Assembly: GCF_000150275.1 (NCBI RefSeq)
Contig: NW_002060950.1
Location: forward strand, 3,057,346-3,121,345
Length of the DNA: 64,000 nucleotides
DNA from: Trichoplax adhaerens
Taxonomy: Eukaryota; Animalia; Placozoa
Reading direction: 5' to 3'
Shown: in pieces, positions 41,091-54,605 of the stretch
Layout of the letters: each line of letters opens with the position of its first letter
How positions within the stretch are numbered: the stretch's first letter is position 1
Position numbers and translations under genes: made by a program
The notes under the pieces: generated by a model
What the model saw: the letters and a program-made list of their open reading frames with translations, nothing else
The model's database searches: none
What the model was told of the DNA's origin: nothing

Positions 41091-44000
41091 TTCTTTTTAG
41101 GCTTAGATCTGTTTGCAGGATCTATCTTAGAGTAACCGCTGAATGTAGTATTGTTAATTAAAATGATTTAAATTTTCTTCCGAGCAGGTCGATATAACTG
41201 TAGAAACAGGCGCCTGATATCGAGATTAACTATCGACAATGTCGAGTACGATAACTTCGTAAAATGAATAGAAGAATTTGCCTGTAATCATAATAGCATT
41301 GTTCAATTTCAATTTATGATTAGGATCTATCCAGAAAGCGATAGTACTTAGATTAAAAGATGTGGTAATAAAAGCAATTAATCTATTCTAGCTAATCTAT
41401 AAATCTACTGTACACAAAATGGTAACAATCTCACTCAAGGTAGAATTTAAAGAAAGTTTTCATTTCAAGGTTTTAAAATAGTGAAGTAATAATTAACCAG
41501 TAAGCAAATGTAAAATAAGATATCTTGAACTAGATTCAAATTGCCAGCTCCTGTCGTTAGTTCTTAGATAAATATGTATAGCTCAATGCATATACTACAA
41601 TAAGGTTACCTAAAATCAAGCATAAATCCCTAAATAAAGCATTTAAACCATCATCAAAATATATAAGGTCGCAAGAATCGAACTGTTCAGGATATGATCA
41701 CGCTCCTATTAATGGTATCGGGTATCATTATGATTACAGTGCACTTATTCACATATATCTTACGCCCTTAGCTAACGGACTACCGGTTCTATTACTTACT
41801 AATAGTGTCTGATAGTTATCGAATAATATTAAGAGTAAATATTCTTCTAATATTAGAAATATAACAGATCTTTCTTTGAAATAAAGAAAAAGTACGTGAC
41901 AATATTGTGCACTACATTCTTAATTAATTGTATAGAGTACTAACAGATCTTCAGACTTTCAAGTAGACAAAATGGCGTAGATATATAATCTGTTTTACCG
42001 CTATCATATATTCTGTACCTTGAAAATTCCGATAAATGTGGATGATTTCCATAATTTTGAGAGTCTTTTCTAAAAGTCAATCTGCAAGACAAGACTTGAA
42101 AGTGTATTTAAGTTCTTTAGCCTTCTAGAAGTTCATTACATAGACGATTGCGAGTAGTTTTGCATGATCTTTTCGTTTTGCTACAATTTAAAGAATTTAA
42201 TATCTATGTTTTATATTGACAGTGAGTTTATTCGTAATCACATAAATTACACTTATATGATCATGCCCTTTTGAATTTTCTTCATGCCAAAACATACCAT
42301 AACTTGCTATAGCTGTAATATATAAATGGAATTGATTCTTAAAAATATGTACAATGTCCAAATGCTTTAAAATTCTTTCTTAAACAAGGAATTTGATTAT
42401 TCTATTACTGAGCCAAATTGTCGCGTATTTATATTTCATTTTAGTCTAAACATAATCTTTAATATATTAGTATAGACATTTTGCATTGTATCAAATATAG
42501 AGATAACTTTACATTCTATTACAATTACAATTATACTGAAATATAGCTTGTTATGTTTAGTTAATTGTAGCACCTACAGTCTTCGCTATTTCATACAATC
42601 ATTTTATTATTACTTTGTCTGTTTATGGTAAATATCATATTTAATTCTGCTGTCCTGCTCTCTGCATGCATTCTTATCTCTTAATATATAAATATAGATT
42701 ATTTCTGCCTCAGATTTGTTAGTTACACTTGTTAGTGTTAGATAATATTATTAATTTTCAATCAAAATATCTAGTTCGATACACGCATCATGTGTACAAA
42801 CTTACAATAAATAAGTACATTTGATAATTTTGCAGTTTAGATAGCGTCGCTAATAAATAAGTAGGTGTGACGGAGCTCTATCCGAAATGAATAATATTTT
42901 GATCTAATATGTGTAATAATGTTACTATGGAGGTTACCGATCTCGGCAACAACCTAGTTGTTAATTGAATTTTGTTATTAATTATCGTAGTAGAATACAG
43001 CGTGACACATGAAACTATATATAAGCTTGAATATTACTTTTTAATCTCAGTTCCACTGAGGCTAACGTAGGGTACACTGGTACAAACGTAAGCAAGCTAG
43101 TAATAAATGTATTTATTAACCTAAACCTATCGTTTTGACTTGATTACTATAGTATAGGAATAAGTTAGTTTTCTCTTACTGAGGATCTCCAGACTTAGTC
43201 GGAGAACCATAAGGTAGATAGACTAGTTTAGGTACGTTCACGAAAGATGTTTTGTGACAGTAGGCCATAGCACTAAAAGAATAAAAGCATTATCCACACC
43301 TAGAAGAACTATAGTTACTTTACTTTAATAAATGGAAGAGCAAAAAATCAAGGAAATATACCGACTAATAGAAACGTTTTGTAATAGCTTGCAAAGCTGT
43401 ATAAAGAGATAGAGCTTAAAATATCATTATAGGATATATGAGTCAAGTTCGATACCTCAAATTAAAACGTTAAGATATTAGTTAGGAATTTAGGATCTAG
43501 CAAAAATTGCTGAATGCACGACATTTTATAGAAATTATTGCAGCAATAAAGCTAATTAAATTGCATCCTATTCAGAATTTCGTTTACTCATAGAAGGTTC
43601 TGAATACATGCTGTTCTGTAGCTAAAAATAAATTGTAAATTTTAATTAAAAAATTAAAATTTACTATTTATTTCGTAAAAGTGAATGATAGTGAATTAAA
43701 TACAAAGCCTCTGTCGTAATGTAAGGATAACTAGAATGAATTCAAAGTCCAAAATTCTATATTATTGAAACATACAGAAGATGGATATGATAATCTCGAG
43801 CGTCTATAACCTAGCAATATTTTATGTCTGTTTGTTTATTGACTAAGTTACAATATCAGCGATTTATAAATTAATTTCATAATCTTACAATTAGAATTAG
43901 CCATTGGACACCCTTAACTTCAATTTAAGAACATAAATTTACATAAAGATATAATTACCTTATCTTGTTGATTGTAAAGCTTTAATCCGATGAAAACAAC

Positions 44001-44154
44001 ACGAGGAAATTTGATTGAAGGCGATTACGCTCCGACTACTATGTATTACTACCTGACAACACATTAGCTTATCAATTCTGACATAACGTTATTAACATGT
44101 GTATTTTAATTAAACAATGAATTAGTGCTTACAATTAATTTATTCATTTTATAG

Positions 44155-44411
44155 GGAGTTTGCATGGTACAGGAACCTATTTCGCATATCAGCCTCAAAA
44201 GGCCTTACAATACGGCAATATGTTACTATTCGTTCGTGTATTAGCAGGAATTTATGCAAAATCTACCGGCAAGGACAAACCTAATCTGCAAAGGATTCCT
44301 GAGAGCCAATCAATACGCGTTCATTCTATTGTAGATAAAGCACATCATCCAACAATTTTCGTTGTCTCTAACGATAACGCAGCTTATCCGGAGTATTTTC
44401 ACTTGTCTTAA
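44155..44411 (+). CDS. Duplicated terminal exon encoding the C-terminal half of the ART domain (alternative last exon of D, or an orphan relic)
   Basis: Acceptor ttcattttatag| at 44154 is in the same phase (1) as the acceptor for 40828. Open frame GSLHGTGTYFA..VRVLAG..PTIFVVSNDNAAYPEYFHLS*, 56/81 aa identical to the 40828 exon. AATAAA at 44493. Confidence 0.75.
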
Positions 44412-45159
44412 TATTGATCATTTAGGTTTAGATATCACTACAGAAGACATAGCTTAGAAAATGATAACATGTCAACGTAATTGATACGGTGCAATAAACG
44501 TTAGTTTAATGATCAGTACAAAAATTTAAATGTAATGAAAACTACTAATTAGTTTAATATGACGTGCCAGATAATTGTATAGGAAGTCATAATCACAGAT
44601 ACTTATCAGACATACGTATTATACTCTACAAATGTTTCGTCTATATTATCGTCTATGTTCCTACAAGCTGTTCTTACCCAATTTTTTCTTTATATTGAGA
44701 TAATAAGTCCATTAACTCTTTCTAGATTAGGGATGCTTTATTGTACGCAAACAAATATTATAATTTAGATAAATAATAAAATATTATTATCTAATTACAT
44801 TTGGATTTATACTGAGTCATGCAGTGTCGATTTATTTTGGTGATACAAATGTAAATCAAGACCTTATTTCTGTAAGATAGTCCAAGTTCATCGACATGAT
44901 CTCTGCTATAGCAGGACGACCGATAATGATTAATTATCCTTAAAGATGCGTGATGCAGAAAAAATACTTCAGACCAAAATTTTATTTCTTTAACCATTTT
45001 AGATTAGTATGACTCAATTCAGGCACTGATAGTAGATAGATGCTTCTAATTATTGTTTTATATTATTTAGTCCACTCATTTCTACACGTGGATCCATTCA
45101 ATCCCGATAATGGATATCAATGGCTACAATTTCGTGCAAATAATAGAACTACCGTACTG

Positions 45160-45782
45160 TCACAAAACAGCTTTGCAACAAGATAACGCAATATACGATG
45201 AATAAGTCAATTCCTTGAACCACGTATCAAGGAACGATATCTGCACTATCACGAACACTTTTGCTCTTCTAGCAGACTACACAAAGACTTAAACGCCTCG
45301 TATTTTACGTTAAACACCAAGTTGGATAATTCTTTATTTCACAATATACTGCATTTATATACTACTTCTCAATAGTTCATGAGTCATAGTTAATACAATT
45401 AACATTACAATCATTTACTGAATTAGATATTAATTTTAGCTACTGCTCCCTTAATGCAGACAACAGTATTTACGAACATAGACATGTAATGACTAATACA
45501 GAATAGTCAGATTACGATCTGTCCTATCACGGAACATTTCCATGATAATTTACAGTCTACCATAAGTAAATTACAATCACAATGATTCGAACTGTAAGCA
45601 GATGATTTGCATTCCCTATTATAACTATTAATTTCAGTATGTGTATAAGTGTTACTGTCATAAAAAGTCAGTGCTATATTAAAACCCAGTATATCCAAAT
45701 TAGAAGTTAACTAAATAAGGATAGTCTAATAGAATTATCCTAACATAGATATTTCTACTGTAATACAGTATATAACACTGTA
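45160..45782 (+). repeat. Dispersed ~625-bp repeat, copy 2
   Basis: Diverged direct copy of 27610-28238. Confidence 0.9.
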
Positions 45783-46860
45783 ACACGTACCTAAGATTGC
45801 ATAAAAATGCCTTGAAAATCATTACAGTCGCTATATCTCTAATTTAAGTCAGAAATCCATGTACTTTATACCGTATATCTGTTTAAATCTATTTAAATTC
45901 ATTAATAAAGTAGTATTAACTATTAAATAACGATTACTTCGTTATAATAAAACGATATTAAAATTAAGAAGTAAGTGTACTGTATTTAATTCTTGAAATT
46001 TGAGAAATACTTCACTAAAAATTTTAGCGTGGCCAAGCTACTATATAGTATTATTAAGTTTGCTTAAGACCTACCCTTACTAGCTAAAAATTACGGTATG
46101 TTTTGGTAACCTTAGCTATTATCTTTGAAAAATCTGTTAAGCTTTGGCTGTATTGAAGTTTTCAATTGCATGTTAACACAATTGTAGCAAGTAACCACTG
46201 ATAACATTTATGAAAATCCCAAATCTTGTAATTTACATAATGTTACTCTTTAGTGAGAGCGGATTTCATACTAAAACATAAAACATATAGAAAAAGCATC
46301 GCAATTTCTAACAGACAACATGGCTCTTCATTAGATATCAAGTATATATATAATAGAAAACAATTATTCAATTAGGTCAGGAAACATCAATAATTACTAT
46401 TTAATAATCGTTAAATATATCATTACGTAAATATAAAAATAGTTTTACCTTTAATTATTGTAATGATCTCAGCTGATTGTAGTAGTACAGTATGTGGCTA
46501 ATAGGGTCAAACGGCGCACTTGAACTATTTCTAGTATGAGACTGTAACAGCAGAAGACTATGACACGGTCATTACAATTTATATAAAGCTAAAAAAGCGT
46601 AACAATATATTTAATAATTTTTAGTTCTATATACAGTTGTACGATCAATCGTAGGACAAAAGCTTTCAATATCCTATTGCTTGTGCATTATTCAATATAT
46701 AAAATTTTAATAAAGATATTTTTGGATTTCAAAATATCGTATGTATAGTGCTTTTTGTCGTTAAATGTCCTAGTATCATGTTTGAGCTTCAATGACTAAT
46801 ATAAACTATTCCATGACAATAATTCTATATTCCTGAATTCTGAGCACTCTCCGAAGTGAG

Positions 46861-49800
46861 TCATGATACTAATTTTTCAAATTTATGCAAATAATCATCT
46901 ACATATGTTAACAATTTCCAATAATCGGTAGCAATTACAAATTTTATGTAGTGATCTAAATGATGATAACATTTCAGTAAAACATGATATTGAGGCGGAA
47001 GATACCAGCCAATCCAGATCTCATCTGCAAAATTTTGATATTTAAATTTAAAAGAAAGACTAATCATATACTTGGAAATTAAAACAATACACCTTAGAGA
47101 CGAAATTTAATAATTACCAGTTTGATCAATAACATAAACAGAAAGTGTTGATACCAAAGTATCCTGCAATTCTTGAGAGTCAGCTTGATTTAGACAGCAA
47201 ATTGATATTGCACCAAGTTTTCCATCTCCAGCCCTAATAGAAATTTTTTCATGACAAAACTTAAAACAATTTGAAATCTCTAACAAGTATGTATTATAAT
47301 ACATTTTGCATTGGTTTCCTTCAATGTATGACCACAGCTGCTCGAAAAGGATTCTTTTCGAAAGGACCTCATTATCATTCTAAAGATAAATGGAAGACAC
47401 TTGATATTCATATCGTTAAGAATATATCCTTAACTAATTGCAGAAGTTACAAATTATAGCCATAACCAAGATCATCTTTTGATATTAAATCTGAACATAC
47501 TATAAAGTAATCTGTTGGCAAAGCTAAAGGAAGAATAACATCTTGAAATTCAATGGATAATGGATCCAGCGGGGCAATACATGTTCTATTTTCGTTGTCG
47601 GTAACTGTAGCTCTTAAAGAAAGTATATACGCGTAAGTTATCAGTAACTTATTATCACATAGCAAAGAAGCTAAGTAATGAGTTCTTAAAATAACTTACT
47701 TAATATTCAACGTGCATGGCAAAGGATCAACACTTTGAATCTTAAAAAAAACCGTTTGACAACCTGTGCAAATGAGCGTACAAATCAATTTTGAAGTTAC
47801 AATAACCAAAATATGAACATTTTATCAAAGGCTTGCAACTATTTTCATAACAGAGCGATTTTATAACATTATTCACCTGGGTTAGGTGCGCTAGATATCT
47901 CCTTCGATAGGAATGACACTGTAACATCTAGTCATCAATGGGAAAATTATCACTTACAATATAGTTGGTGACAATGCAACTTTACAAACGCTAAAAATTT
48001 CTCTGCAAGTATTGAAATAATTACTATCCTCATACCATTAACGCTTTTGTAATTGCTATTGCTTTCTAACTCCAGTACAATAGCAACATACTTCTTTTCA
48101 TAGTCAACGGCTAAATCTTCCTTCTATTTTGTGAAAGATAAATACTAATTCAATCTTAAAAATAAATTATACTGCATACAGTAGAAGACAATAACGTCAA
48201 TATGTATATTTGAACCAAATCAGCTTGATTTACATATCCAATTAAGAGATCGAATTAATCCTATACTTACGTAATAGATAAAACATTCAACATTTATTGT
48301 CCACAACTCTTCCGAGCTAGTTAGTTGTTTAAAGTAATGATCTAATAAACCTATTAAGTTTTAGTAAGGGCCTGTGTCAGTAGATGCCTATTACTGCTAG
48401 ATATATTATGGTTATGACAAACACAAACCTTCTTCTCGTACAATATCTCCGTAACTTATAACTAAGCGATCGCGTTTGCTATTAAAATCGACTGCTGTAT
48501 ACATATTTTTAGGAACCCTATCGGTATGCCAAGAATCCAGGTATAAATTATGAGCATCTTTAACATCAGATTAAATACAAAGACAGCCTAATTTTTCACA
48601 TAAAATGACAGCAATAGCTTACTTTGCCAATGATATTCCTAAATCGTCGACTTCTATGACCGGCAAATCAACTTCTTTTGATAGTTTCGAGATATCGTCT
48701 ATTACCATAAAAACAATCTTTATGCTAGTAATCTTAAAATGCTACTAAGTTACCAAACGTTGGTGTACAATAGCAAATCTTACCTACTACAATTTTTGAA
48801 ATTAATTCTAACTGATTATTACTTGAACCTGCCGACAGAATAGTTCTCAACTATAATAAGAATTCGAATAATTGTCCACAATGTAAATTTAACCGTCAGA
48901 CCAATGAATCATGTAAAATAATTTACCTTATCATTAGAAACGCTTGTTAGCAAACAATAGTACATATACGCTTGATCTTTAATATCTTAATAAAACGTGT
49001 TAAGAATAAACTTTTTGAAATATGAGGATTATCAACTACTAAAACTTATGATTTGAAATAGCGAGAAAGTAAAAGGATACCAACATCATTAAAATAATCT
49101 TTCATCTTCATCAAAACTTCACATAAATCTATAAAAACAGTACATCTTGCATTAGCTAAATATATTTTTGCGCTATTCATACACATATTTCTATAAAAAA
49201 TTTCTCTTGTTACCTTTCAATATGTATGTCGTATCATGGTTTATCATTATGCAACGGCAAATAGAAAGTACTGCTTGACCAGTTTTCCACATGCCAAACT
49301 GACATATATCACTGGTTTCAAGAAGATTTTGAAGAAATTGCACGATAACCTTTATATAACAATTTTTAATATCATTGAATTACAGATATAAATAGTAATT
49401 ATTTATCTAATTTTACTATAGTTCAACTACAAAAAGCATGTAGATGTTTCGTGTTTAAGTTTCAAGGCAATTATACCATCGGTTTGATTTCCTTTTCTTG
49501 TGCAGAGACTTCTAGCAATCGTAAATGATCTAATAGATTGGGCAATACTTGGGTCATGGGTATTACAGAGGCAATATAATCCGTTAAAGATTTCAACACG
49601 TTCAGTTGAAATCCGCTAAGTAGAAAAGTAAATTTACACAAAATTATAATTTAACGTGAACATTTTTATCTCTAAAAAACATAGAAAGTAACCGTCTATA
49701 ATGGCAGGTTTGAATAATTACGGTACCTGCCAGTATGCGTGTCCGAAATGCAACGAATAAAATTTAGTATATGGATTGTGAAATTAGGATGGCGCTTGAC

Positions 49801-52800
49801 AATTGTTAGGACACAACTGCACATACTGCTAGATAAAGACTTGTTGCTGTCAAGAAACCTTTGACAAAAATTGTAGAATACACGTAATAGTGTCGTTACA
49901 GCTAAAGAGCTAGCAGCAATGTCAGTACGCTGCATAAGTCCAGTTAGACAGCCGATAAGGATTGTCGTCGTCTCTACAGCAAATAACGTCAGCAATGTAA
50001 ATTTTTACCATTAGTTGAATTTAAGATAATTAATTTAACATTGTATCATGATTTCTATCGTACCTCTAGATTCACCCAATTCAAAGGAATGGTTTAATAT
50101 GATCAATTTACGTAAAATTATGTCTAAAAGGCAATTTTAAATTTTTAATGTCATTGAAAATAGTAACACGAATAGGTAACAGCAACTTTATTTATTACCG
50201 AAATTGTCATAGACTTGCGGATAAAACCAGACGATAAGGTTATAATCCCAGAAATAGGGTAAAGAAATGTCTTTTGTGCAACGCATTCCAATCGGCTACA
50301 ACGATTCAAAGTCATATTCTTTTATTTAGCCTGACGAGCTAAGTTTTGCAATCGTTATCATTTACGACTACAAATACCGACCTTACTATCATCCGGAAAG
50401 TGCATGATCCATTCGCAATAAATCAATTGCTGTTCTTGCGAAATCATAGGAGACCGTATCATCAATACTAGTCTAGAACACAATTCAGAATAATTAACTC
50501 AAGAGTAGATTTCTAGTACATTTAATCATCTGAATGCGGTCCATTTTTAATAACATTACCGTTCTAAAAGGTAATAATCGTCGTCTTGATTAAATAATTC
50601 GTCCCCACATTTCATCTACTCATGAAAGACAAATACTGTATATTATGTTGTTTACTTCTTACCTCAGTTACATGTGCAAGATTATAATCATAGCTAGAAT
50701 ACTTTAATCGATCATAAATGGTTACCTTAAGTAGCATTACTGATTGAAGTGAAGGTAAATCGCAAGTAACCATCTTTTGTAAAATAAGTAATTTAAAGGT
50801 CTGAAAAATTAAGCATAACATAGTATATATATATTATCAGTCTAAATTGTGGAGCTTATAGTATTAGCACAGATATACTTGATAGGAACATACCTTCTGC
50901 GATAGTCTGGAAACTGTAACACATTCTACAAGCTGAACGATAAAGATTAGATTACCAATAGGCTAATTTTATTTAAAGACAGCAAAACACTTATTACCTT
51001 AAGGACTACCAGCATTTGCCCAGTTGGCGTTAACAGCATAAAATTATCGGAATCCATAACAAAGGAGATGATTGCTTTCAACTGGTTGCTGTCATCATCA
51101 GACAGCAGTGGCTCAGCACTATTAACCATTTCAAGATTGGACGTAAAAGATAAATTCTTTTCCAAAAGAGCCTAAATTTCAGAATTAAGTAGCAAATATA
51201 AATTTACCGTTAAAGTTTAATGCATACATAAATTATTTCTATTGCAGAAAATTAATGGGAATTGAAATATAAAACCACCTTAGAAGACTCTAGTTTTCCA
51301 TTGAAAAGATCTTTCAAAGACAAATTGCTAAAATATATTTACAGAATAATGGAATACAATTTTGAGCTAATTAAATGAATGCCAGAGGAGCATAATATCA
51401 CAGTAAATCATACTTGCGTGGTTCATGAATAATGCATTGAATGGCATTCTTTAAAACTGTAGTGAAAAGAATCTGCGGTGACAACAGTCGATCAATGTGT
51501 TATGAAAACGTCACAGAATAAGAATTTCTGATCGATAGAATTTAGAATAAACGATTTTCATGTCAACTTTAGAAAATGTATTAGCCTTCTACATTATTCT
51601 CACGACATCAAGTACTGCCTCATAAATTGCAAGATAAATTCTTGGCATATCTCTAATATTATGCTTTAGTCGTAATTATCTCACCCAATAGTGTTGAAAA
51701 ATATGGCTGCATTCCGCTTGGCATAAGTTGTAATAATAGTCCAGACGATGGCCAAGTAAGCCCTTGATATAAAAATTAAAAATAGCACATTAACAAATTG
51801 ATGTACAAGGACGTAATAATTATCAAACATTCATTTCTACTAGGCTATAAGAGATATAAGAAATGCATGATTAGTTTTCGGTTTAAGCACCGGGTATAAT
51901 TGCTCTATTTCTGTCAAGCATTGACAAGCCAAACCCCTAAGAATACGATCAGTTCCAGAATTGATCTGTCGAATGATATAAAAAGAAATTTTTAGACTAG
52001 AGACTAGAATCGCAAATATGAAATAATCAATGCTACACTTACCCTATCAATTCTATTCAATAAAATTTGGATTAAGGTTGCAAACAAGTCAGGAAAAACA
52101 TTCTATATAAAATTAGGAGGAAATTTTGATTATAGCAAGTATTACTTTCAATCGATTTTAGGATTAGAATAAGAAACGATATTGACCAGTACATCTAGCT
52201 AACTCTTCCATTGATTAGTATTACCCAATGACTACCGATCTTTGTGCATATTGGTATATACCACAAACTCTTTTTTAATTGTTGGTGCACAATAATAATA
52301 ATCAATTACCTTGATATCAAATTGAATCACTAGCGAAGTGATAGTAATCATAATCTAGACGGTGAAACGAAAGTTAGTAATGCAATTGTACTGAAGAGAG
52401 AAATAACATTATTATGCGATATTAGATCGTTTATACTAAAATAGGCAACATATTCCTCATTACTGTGTATCGTTACATGCTATGTTAGGTTACTAACATA
52501 AGTAGGGAATACAGTTTCTGGAATTTGGATTTGCTGTAGAACTCCTAATAGTGAAGCAATAGCTTGTTCTTGACTATTCGATGCATAAATAAATTTAGTT
52601 AAAAATAACCAGATATACTTATGTAACAATACTATACGTAAAGCATTACAAAGAAACAATCAGAGTCGTATGTGTAGTTGATATTCAATTGGTATACGAG
52701 TATCGTAGCTTTTTTCCATTACCTGGTTTCATCCACTAATAGAATGTCAGCCTGAAATAAATAGTCGGCCCATCGTTAATTAGAATTTGCATAACATAAT

Positions 52801-54013
52801 CTGGTATAGTATCTCTAGCTTTCGACTTGGTCAAGTATACGGATTATTACTGATACAATGAATAGGCTAGAATATATTACAGGTGTATTTATAAGTTTAT
52901 TAAATATGTCAAGCTTCAATTGCAAATGGCAACCTATTTAATGGTCAGTATAAGTTACAATCAATCCCTAAGACAGGAATGACAAATAAAGGGTAGAACG
53001 CCAGTGACCGTTCCACCAATGCTATCATCATATGGATTCTTACCCTTTCCTGTAAGAGTGACATAGCTTTGATTTTACCATTGATATCCTTTGAATCCGA
53101 GCAAATCAACTGAAATTCGATAAGGATACGTCAGTCAAGCTACACTTGAGTGTGTATGATTATATAAGATTACAACGACTCATTTAGAATTGATGATTGT
53201 GCGCGTATTTTCACTGCATGGTGTCAACACCAGAAGCAAGATTAAGCCTTCCGATATAAAAGTCAGGCAAGTTAAAGTACCGATCGAATCTGGCAAACAT
53301 GTCATTGAAGGTGCAAGCATTTAATCATAGATATCCTTTGAATCCAAGCATAACAATTCAGATTGAATAAGGTAGGTAAGGCCAAGCCAATCGACTTGAT
53401 GCTGTTTGACATTAAGTAGGATTACTACAACTCATTTACAACCTATGATTATTATACGTTTTATTTTGACTACAAGGGAATACAATAGAAGTAGGACTAA
53501 GCGTTCCTCTATCGAAGTCTGGTAAGTTAAAGAACCAATCTAACCTGATAAGCATGCAATCGAGCATGCAAGCAAATATGAGTATTTACGCGTCACATTG
53601 TGTATTAACAGTAGAGTATTTCAAAATTCTCTATTCAATTTTATGACAAGTAGGTACGCTTTCTCTTCGCCTCTTCATGACCGTACCTGCAGTATATCTA
53701 GTAATAAATCTTGTAAGTCGATCCCTTGGCGTTGCAAGCGTAGAGTATCCGTTGAATAACGAAATGTATCAATTAGTTGAGACCACCTATCCATCTTTCA
53801 CATTAAGCCAATTGCAGTACTCGCACAATTGCAGAAATTTCCTCCTACTATCCAAGTGTATAATATATAGTATTATATACTGTATATAAACAAGATTCAG
53901 CAAGGGTACAGTCGATTGGTTACGATCCTACCTGGAATAAATAGCAATATACAGACTTCCTTCTACTTACGGAGAGTTTGAAATGAATGCAGTATTGAAG
54001 CATTTTATCAGGC
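46861..54013 (-). CDS. AP5B1: AP-5 complex subunit beta-1, many small exons; 5' end uncertain, may extend to ~54200
   Basis: Minus-strand exon peptides match remembered AP5B1 motifs in order: QGIDLQDLLLDILQ (~53690-53740), ASNSQEQAIASLLGVLQQI (~52520-52585), DRILRGLACQCLTEIEQLYP then GLLGHRL (~51890-51950 and ~51740-51765; cf. ACECLRELESCKPGLLG), ATVTDNENRTCIAPLDPLSIEFQDVILPL (~47520-47612), and the terminal exon YLPPQYHVLLK..IATDYWKLLTYVDDYLH..* (stop at 46861; cf. LPP..LLL..TDDW..DYL). Not all exons were resolved. Confidence 0.8.
53083..53577 (+). repeat. Diverged tandem duplication, 2 x ~247 bp, probably intronic in AP5B1
   Basis: Both units begin gatatcctttgaatcc (53083, 53330) and share actcattta, aagttaaag(t/a)acc and tgcaagca blocks. 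Confidence 0.8.
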
Positions 54014-54208
54014 CTAGAATCACAGTGGACTAACCAAAGTAGACGAGACTACAACGATCAGTAAACGAGGCTATTTGCATCTATGCAATGACATTCAATT
54101 ATTTGCCACTGGTGGACTCTAGTTCTGGCATCCACTTGTGAGCAGCGCCACCTTGCTTCCCCTAGTACAGGAATGGACCAAGGAAGATTGCGCCATCAGC
54201 AAAGACAT

Positions 54209-54605
54209 TACAGTACATTGTACACAGTACTGGACAGTATGGTACTGTACACTGTACACTGTACGGTAGTCGCCGACAGACCGAATGCGGTTCACATTTT
54301 GTCCGTCCAGTACAGTACAGTATAGTACAGTACAGACCAGTACACAGTATTTCAGATATTTGATGGCAAAGTACTGTACACTGTACACTGTACAGTCAGT
54401 AATACAGTATGCGGTATGCAGTACTATAGTACTGTCCAGTACTGTACAGTACAGTAGGATTGTATGGAGCACTGACTGAGAGTACAGTACTCACTCAGTA
54501 CAGTACAGTACTTTATCACGAGTGTACAGTACTGTACAGTACATACAGTACAGTACAGTACAGCACACTACTGTACTAAGTACAGTAGTATGTACTGTAC
54601 CACTG
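54209..54605. repeat. Degenerate (ACAGT/ACTGT)n microsatellite in mixed orientation at the AP5B1 5' end
   Basis: For example cagtacagtacagtatagtacagtacag, gtactgtacactgtacactgtacagt and acagtacagtacagtacagc. Confidence 0.9.

Noticed and set aside
919-44411. Treating ORF-track entries as separate prokaryote-style genes or an anti-phage operon
   Set aside because: They are exons with conserved GT-AG boundaries and phases across paralogs; many listed starts and ends are intronic read-through.
54119-54479. Cys/Tyr/Thr/Val-rich ORFs on both strands
   Set aside because: Translation artefacts of the ACAGT repeat.
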